Source of the DNA: Octopus vulgaris
Taxonomy: Eukaryota
Assembly: GCA_951406725.2 (NCBI GenBank)
Contig: OX597826.1
Span: 19,840,001-19,904,000 of the forward strand
Length of the DNA: 64,000 nt
Direction of reading: 5' to 3'
The position numbers and the translations under genes were made by a program. How positions within the stretch are numbered: the stretch's first letter is position 1; each line of letters starts with the position of its first letter. The notes under the pieces were generated by a model. It was given only the letters and a program-made list of their open reading frames with translations, was not told where the DNA came from and ran no database searches. Below, one piece after another: positions 54,507 through 64,000 of the stretch.

Positions 54507-54575
<69 letters not shown>

Positions 54576-54639
54576 GTATGTATGTATGTATATATACACA
54601 TATATACATATGTACATATATATATATATATATATATAT

Positions 54640-56151
54640 ACTAGCAGAGATACCCGGCGTTGCCCGTGTTACATTCAATTGAAGAATTAGACTTTTCTGT
54701 TATAATTTCTGGAATGAACTGGAATATCTATGTTTCGAATTTCAGCAAATTTGCAGATGAGGGTTATTTCCCTCTTTACACACCTTACAAAAATTGTAAT
54801 CGTGCCACATGTATCACAAACTACTGATTTTTATGCGTATATTCCAAAATTACAGTCCCAAATTTTAGTCATTTCTTTTATTATCCAAAACTAGGTCAAA
54901 AGTACTGAATGGATCTTTATGAAATTTGGAAATTATATTCTATGCAGAAGGGCCACAACCCCCATGACAATTCATATATTTTTGCTGTTGATGAAATTTT
55001 AACCATAGACATTAGACACAAATGAAGTAATATTTATAAAATTTCATTTCTTATAAGTTAGAAAGACCTCTTCATGGGAACTGAATACCAACAATTTTGT
55101 CTTTTTATCTAAGCAAAGACGAATACAGTTGTACGCTTGGAAGCTGTAGGGTTACCCGAGCATAAAAGATGAGCATTATTTGTAATTCAGTGTTACAACA
55201 GTGTAACAGTTTGCTTTGACATACACTTAGATTTTGATTTCTGCAATGTGGTGCATAAATTGTCAAGTAAATGAGAGGCATCTTTGCCTCCACTGATTCA
55301 GTTGCAAAGTGTTGAGTAAAGTTATTTGATTGCAGACGTCCTTTCAGTCTTTTTATTATCACTCGGTCACACATAGTCCCCAGATGGTAACATTGATTTC
55401 AAGGCCTTCCCAGATGAGTGACTGGTTATTCAAAGACATTTATAGATTGTAAATTTATTCTGTCCAGTTACTTATCAGTATAGTGGTCATTTGCAGACTC
55501 CAGGAGTGATACATTCATTTCTCCTTAGACCTCACGTCACACAGTTGTTAATGTTTATTTCAGTTGGGTCACGCCCTACCAATTACTATAGATTCGTAAT
55601 GCATCTTACGGCTGTGCCTGTCACCTGGATGGTGAGGAATTCTACATAGGGAGTGGTAACAACCAGGGTAGGGTAGCTGACTGCTTATTGGGATCATTCG
55701 TCTTTTGGTTTCCTATAGCTTTGTTCTCTTTTACAAACCCAGTGAAGATATATTTCCTATTTCAAAGGAATTCAAACAATAGATATTAGACCCAAGTTAA
55801 AAAGATTCTCAACAATTCAACTTCTCTGGTTGACATTAAGACGCCCACTACCAACAGAGTCCTAAACTCTCACATTTTAGAGCTCCATGACCTTCATTTT
55901 TCAGGAGCAAAATCTTTTTAACAGGTTCAATAAGACTGGAATTTTGGAATATACGCATAAAAATCAGTAGTTTGTGATACATGTGGCACGATTACAATTT
56001 TTGTAAGGTGTGTAAAGAGGGAAATAACCCTCATCTGCAAATTTGCTGAAATTCGAAACATAGATATTCCAGTTCATTCCAGAAATTATTACAGAAAAGT
56101 CTAATTCTTTAATTGAATGTAACACGGGCAACGCCGGGTATCTCTGCTAGT
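54640..56151. mobile_element. 1.5-kb segment bounded by about 218-bp inverted repeats made of Helitron 3' ends
   Basis: Arms 54640-54857 and 55934-56151, each ending ACGGGCAACGCCGGGTATCTCTGCTAG|T outward into TA runs. Confidence 0.8.
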
Positions 56152-56153
56152 AT

Positions 56154-56320
<167 letters not shown>

Positions 56321-56663
56321 TTCATCATCATCATTGTTCGACCGTGATCGAGACAATGGAATTTACTATGTTACGTCAGACTTCACGTTGCATCATAGCA
56401 TTACAGAGGTCCTGTTGCTGGATGCCTGTATCCCTGGAGATTAAATCAGGGTAGGAAAGTGTGCGCCCTCTGGTATCGCGAGTAGATGGCTTCCATAGGA
56501 GAAGAATAGAAATTGCCTCGTTTTCAGCTCTACAACAATGTCCAGCAAACTGGACTCTTCAACCTTTCACAAGAGATGATACAGGTGGTAGTTTCCCATA
56601 TATTTGTACTTTGGTTGGATGACGCTTCCACGAGAGAATTATGTATATATACCTATATACGTA

Positions 56664-56763
<100 letters not shown>

Positions 56764-56827
56764 TATATAATATAATATATATATATAATATATGTATGAT
56801 ATATATATATATATGATATTATGTATC

Positions 56828-57092
56828 GGGCTGCGTGTTGTGTTCTTGAGCAAAGCACTTTATTTCACGTTGCTCCAGTTCACTCAGCTGTAGAAATGAG
56901 TTGCGACGTCACAGGTGCCAGGCTGTATCGACCTTTGTCTTTCCCTTGGATAACACTGGTGGCGTTGAGAGGGGAGGCTGGTATGCATGGGCGACTGCTG
57001 GTCTTCCATAAACAACCTTGCCCGGACTTGTGTCTAGGAGGGTAACTTTCTAGGTGCAATCCCATGGTCATTCATGACCGAAGGGGGTCTTT
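56828..57092 (+). mobile_element. 5'-truncated SINE of a third family (CORE/V-like central domain)
   Basis: GTGTTCTTGAGCAAAGCACTTTA...CTCCAGTTCACTCAGCTGTAGAAATGAGT. Confidence 0.6.
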
Positions 57093-57153
57093 ATATATAT
57101 ATATAATATATATATATAATATAATTTATATATATATAATATAATATACACAT

Positions 57154-57189
<36 letters not shown>

Positions 57190-57300
57190 TCATATATAAA
57201 CATACATGTATGTATATATATGTATACACACACAATTCCATGCATGATGGTAATAATTAATGTATTTCAAAGTACCATTGTGATCTAATTTAATTTCCAG

Positions 57301-57380
57301 ACCTGCTCAAAGACTTGCACAATGTTACGTAAACGCCGGATGCTCCATTGATGATATCAAACCTAATTTAGTTTTATGCG
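57301..57380 (+). CDS. Internal exon (phase 2 to 1): PAQRLAQCYVNAGCSIDDIKPNLVLC
   Basis: ctaatttaatttccAG acceptor with branch-like CTAAT, GTAAGA donor, 80 nt open frame. Confidence 0.8.
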
Positions 57381-57512
57381 GTAAGAATATTGTTTCTTTC
57401 TTTGTCTTTCTCTCTATCCGTATATTTTCTTTTTATTAATCCTTTATCTTTCATAATTCCTTTGTTAGTTCAGTTTATTATTGTCCTTGTAATGATAGAT
57501 ACCACTTTACAG

Positions 57513-57565
57513 AAATCAAACATTATCGGATGAAGTTATTAAGTCCTTGTTCCTGGCTGGGCTGA
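57513..57565 (+). CDS. Candidate terminal exon (E)IKHYRMKLLSPCSWLG-stop; the alternative AG at 57497-57498 gives (D)TTLQKSNIIG-stop
   Basis: ctttacAG about 130 nt after the donor; both possible acceptors lead to a nearby stop. Confidence 0.4.
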
Positions 57566-59502
57566 AGTTCATCAAATCCGATATCAATGATTCAGGTGAC
57601 ATATACCAATGGTTAGCATATCAGTATTTCAGTTCATTTGCAGTGATTTCGATTCTCTTGTTTATACTCAAACATTCTCGGAAGATTATATATTTTATCT
57701 AGTTTTTTAGGTAAATTTCATCAATGTGCACGTGACAGAAAATATTCTTACTTTATATTGCTAATTAACTAATTAGTCGCCTGTTTATTTGACACAAGGT
57801 ATTTGTGAACTGGTACCTACATCATACTGATATATCTGTGTTCTAGAGGGAAATCTGAAAATTGTCCGGAAAACGTTAAATACCTAAATGACAGTATACT
57901 GTATTTATAAGCAGTATTAATGTGAATTAAATTAAATTATAAATAGAAATTATTCAGAAATATATATAAAGGGAAAAGTATTTTAGCAAAACAACCTCAG
58001 TATGTATATGTATTGAATATCCGTTGATATTCTGTTGTAGCTTGTGAAGAAGTTTGCAGAACTGAGATCTCGGCCATTGTTTCAGCAGCAAATGCCTCCA
58101 TTGATTTATTGTGCAAGTAAGTGACGATAAATTATTGTTCATGTCAATAAATCCCACAGGAAAGAATTTCTGTCCAATCCTTTCTTTGCAACATCTTGAG
58201 TGCCTTACAAATATTTATCAATGATCTTGCTTCAGTTTTTCAGGTACTTGCTTCGAATTTTGTGATTCTGATTCTAAGTTAAATGTCTAAAGTCTACCAT
58301 TTCCTTGCTTCTACATTGATTAATCACCATTGTTTCTTATGTGATGCAGTATGCTAAATTTTGTACAGAGGCACTATAGTCTTTTGAATTAACACAAGTA
58401 TATCACTGGTACTTAATTTTATATCAACCTCGATAAATGTTAAATTCAACCCTTTCGATGTTTGGAGAGTAGAAGAACAAAAGTAACTAACGTAAGTCTG
58501 GTGCTTTACTTTCGTTTATATTAAATCACGACTCATCATGAATTAAATGTAAAGCTTATTGATTGAATTAAAAAAAACGGGATATGGTCTACTTAACTAT
58601 TTGATTTTTTTTTATTTGCAGTAATTATCGCAAGTATGGCGACTGTCTGAAAAGGTATGGTTGCACAAAACGAGACTTGAGGTTGACGAATATCAAGATA
58701 CTGGATGAATGTAAGTATTACTTGGTGTAAATAAACAAATACATACGTATAACAGTAAAACAATGTAGAACGATTCAAGGCTTAACTTGAATTGCAAGCA
58801 AATACATTTCGTGTTTAACAATCTGTTTAGCACAACACATTGTTGGATGAGTGGAAAGTGGTTTACTATATTAAGATGTCTGTGCATATTCATATTTTAC
58901 ATTAATATTTTACAAGTATAACTGTTTGGCTGAGAAGTTCACATCGAACAAGTATTTTCTACTTTAAGCCCAGTCTGACCAATGCCTTGTAAATGAATTT
59001 GCTTGGCAAAAAATGCGTGGATGCCCGTCCTATATGCGTGTGTCTCTCCATGCGTATCTTTCTATTTGTACTGATACCATTTAACAACCACTGTTCGCTC
59101 TTTTGTGCACCCGTAACTTAGCAGTCGGCAAAAGAGCCGATAAAGTAAGTGTTAAAGTAAAAAATTAATTAGTACTGTGGTCATGATGGAGCTCCCGTAT
59201 GGTCGTAGTCGAATGACTGAAAGAAGTATAAGAAGAAAATACAGCTTATACTGTGGAAAATTCCTTTTATAATCTCTCGACTAAAGATCAGCTTCAATGT
59301 CAGGCATTGTGTTGTAATAATTCAGGTTAACAGAGAAGGTGGCAAGCAACACCGAAGGGTGTACTGAATAAGGTATATCAGTACCGATGAGCGAGATGGA
59401 AATATAGAGTACTGGAATCGGTTAAACATTCACGAGGCTTGGTATCACTGATGACCCACAGGGTTTGGAAGCGAGGGACCTTGATATATATCCCCCCTCC
59501 CC

Positions 59503-59551
<49 letters not shown>

Positions 59552-59679
59552 CCTTTTGCAAATACCGATAGGGCACAGAAATTGTGTCAATAGCCAGCTG
59601 GAGAAGATGTTCTCCTGGGCCTACAAACTACAGTAACATCCACCCTTAGTGGTTAGCCATATTCAGATGGCAAATATAC

Positions 59680-59750
<71 letters not shown>

Positions 59751-59751
<1 letters not shown>

Positions 59752-59997
59752 GGATGTGGCAGAAAGGTTGCCCCGATTTCAAAGGTTAATAAAAAACAAA
59801 CACATGAAGATACAAGAAAAATCTTTGGATTTCTACAACAAATTTACGCTGCTGCTCTGCAATCCAGGCCATGGTGGGTACTACCCGAAGCAGAATAAAT
59901 AAAAGACATTTAATGAACTTCACAGAAATACAAAGTTTTTACATGTGTTTGTTATTTATTAACTTTTGAAATCAGGCAACCTTTCTGCCGATCCAGT
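59751..59997. mobile_element. MITE, probably Tc1/mariner-type
   Basis: About 50-bp inverted repeats GGCAGAAAGGTTGCC...AAACACATG near 59758-59807 and 59941-59989, next to TA. Confidence 0.65.
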
Positions 59998-60254
59998 TTT
60001 ATTCAGCAGCTAATTCCTTCTTTTTATTTCTGCACCTACACATGTTTCTGCAGAAATTAACTAATGCACAATGCAAAATTTGCATCTTTATGTCCACTTA
60101 TTGTTAGTTTCCACTCCTTCAAGGTCGAATCAATCTCATTGTTCAGACAGAATCTAAATTAAGTACAAGTCGAGCCGAAATACACGTGGTGCTGTTATTG
60201 TTCCAAAAATAGCCTAGATTCTAACCTTTTCAACTATATTTTTTTGGACAAATC

Positions 60255-61760
60255 TCAGGAATCTACATGGTTGACTTCCTGGTGGTAGGGTACTCGGTAA
60301 CTAATTTTTGCCTGAGCGTTCCGGTTGGTTGGTTCCCTTAAGAAGTCACTATTTGTTTTTTCCTAAGAGTCTGGTTTTCACAAGAGTAAAAATTTTATTG
60401 GTTTGGTTTGAGGTGACGTCAGTAACTGATGTTTGAGAAGATGTATGGTGTCATTGTATAATAATTTGGAGTTAGAGTTTCGAATCCCCGAGGAAGCCTG
60501 TTACTTAAAGTTTTCGAATTATTTAAAATATATCTTTGTTGCCCCATCGCAGTCCCAAGTTTTTGTTTTCAACGAAACCACCTACAGACAATAGTCTGGG
60601 ACTGCGATGGGAACGATCACAGTCCCTACTTTTTCTAACCTTGTCATGGCACACTTGCAAGATCAGATATACGAAAACATCAGACTGAAATTTGGTGACA
60701 ACTTCCAAGTATACTTACTCGCCAAATCGAAACGCTACCTGGATGACTGTTTCATTTTGTGATCACATAACCTTGGTCTATTCTAGGAATTTAAAAATTT
60801 AATTAACAATATTAACCACAGTATCCAATGTATGATGGAATACAGTCACAAACAGCGACCGTTTCAGGGCATTTTAATGATAAACAGATATACTAACATT
60901 GAAATCGACATCTACTTTAAACCAACAAACTCAAAACAATATCTGTCACCCAAAGCATACTAAAATCAATATACTTTTTAACTTGGCAAGAAGAATTTGC
61001 ACGATTATTCCAAATCCCGAAACCCGGGATAAACGACTCATAGAAAGAAGATACCCGGTTAGTTTAATCAAAAACAGAATGGAACGTGTAAAAACGATAG
61101 ACATCCAAGAATTACGAGAAACAAGAAAACCTGACACATTTAAAACTTTGTATTAAATAGCAACACACAATCCAGGGAACATGGAAGCATACATCATCCA
61201 TACCCCTTCTGCTGAACTCGAAGCACATAGAATTATTAAAATTAAACAGCAACCCAAATCCCTAAAAAGGTTACTTACCAGCACCTAATTACCCACCAAA
61301 AATACAACCCCACTAAATTCAAAAAGTACAACCGCCCTCTCTGTCAATGCACCTGGAACACTTCAACCCAATTCCGATTGAATAAGGAAAGTATGTTAAT
61401 TAAAATGTACAACTCACAACTAAATATCCTATAATAACATACCAGAAAGAGAAAACCCAATTAATTTACGAAAAACAGTCAGAGACTGATATAATTCGAA
61501 AACAGGCTTCCTCGGGGATTCGAAACTCCAACTACAAATTAATATACAATAACACCATGCATCTTCCCAAACATCGGTTGCTGACGTCACCTCAGACAAA
61601 ACAAATGAAATTTTTCTCTGGTCAAAACCAGGCTCAGGAAAAATCAAATAGTGACTTCTTAGGCAACCAAACAACCTGAACGCTAGATAACCATCAGGAA
61701 AAAACGAGCTACCTAATCCCTAGTAGGAAGTCAACCAAGTAGAACACTGAACTTTGCCAA
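60255..61760 (+). mobile_element. Penelope-like RT fragment flanked by about 250-bp inverted repeats
   Basis: GTAMGT...FSNLVMA, KRYLDDCF, YFKPTNSKQYL, CHPKHTKINILFNLARRICTI; 60255-60503 is inverted relative to 61501-61750. Confidence 0.85.
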
Positions 61761-62286
61761 ATCAAAACGGAAATTATTTTTGATCAAAATAAGTGACATC
61801 ACGAAACCTTCAACCAATCAGAACTTGTTCTTTGATCGTGGTGAACAAGGAAAAGATGTCACCAGAAAGTAAACCAACCAAAACGCTAGACTTTGCTAAA
61901 ACAAAAATATTTGTACCAAAACATCCACCAGAAAAAAGAACAGAAAGACGCCATCAAAACTTGATGCTTTATCGTAAAAATATATACATATTAAAAGATT
62001 TGGACTTATAACATTTCAAACTCAAATGAGCTAAGAAGGTGAAGAGATCCTTGCACTGAAATTGAGAAAAGAACTACACGCACCACAACAGAAATTGCAA
62101 AAAAATATACATTTTTTCTTTCTTTCCATCTTTTTCTTTTTCTTCATCACTTTTCTACAAAAATTCAATAAGACTGAACTTTCAGTGAAATCTCTTTAAT
62201 AAGATTTGTTTTAACCTGAGCCCCAAAAGTAATGATTAACTATATTTTATTTTTATTTTTATCTTTTATATTATGATTATAATTAA

Positions 62287-62356
<70 letters not shown>

Positions 62357-62489
62357 ATTACTATCATTATCATTGTTATTATTATTATTACTATCATTAT
62401 TATTACTATAATTATTTGTAATATTACTAAATTTATTATCTTCATTAATTGAATCAAATTTTATCTTATTTTTATTTTTATTTTTATTA

Positions 62490-63863
<1,374 letters not shown>

Positions 63864-64000
63864 GGAGATATAGATAAATCCCATTGACTCTAGCAGTTGG
63901 ACCGCTGTTGAAAGGAAGACTAAACGACATCCTCACAATAAACAGTTTCATGGACATCCAGGTGATGTCCGAAATGAATAAAATCCATCTAGCGTAGGCA

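Noticed and set aside
59377-59414. Hammerhead-like CAGTA-CCGATGA...GAAA...TACTG
   Set aside because: No stem II, and a competing hairpin explains the complementarity.

Overview
AT-rich, repeat-dense eukaryotic DNA. The tRNA-derived SINEs and the microsatellite load look like an octopus (coleoid cephalopod) genome; this is inferred from family recognition, not from a search. Nearly all ORFs in the supplied track are microsatellite translations or decayed transposon fragments: R4/Dong-like and HERO-like RLE retrotransposons, Tx1/L1-like ORF1 and RT pieces, Penelope-like elements (PLEs), hAT transposons, Helitrons and SINEs. The ORF track misses two things. (1) Small plus-strand GT-AG exons (4359-4450, 13622-13685, 36525-36670, 40675-40726, 57301-57380, plus candidate terminal exons) with compatible phases that encode repeats of a six-cysteine module of an unidentified, probably secreted protein. 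(2) About ten hammerhead-ribozyme or hammerhead-like motifs, two with intact cores (29757-29820 +, 30732-30782 -). They sit in short PLE-type termini, mostly beside (TA)n tracts. Several lie at the turning point of fold-back duplications, and one family is followed at fixed spacing by a covarying multi-hairpin RNA module of unknown function. All alignments and folds were done by eye.
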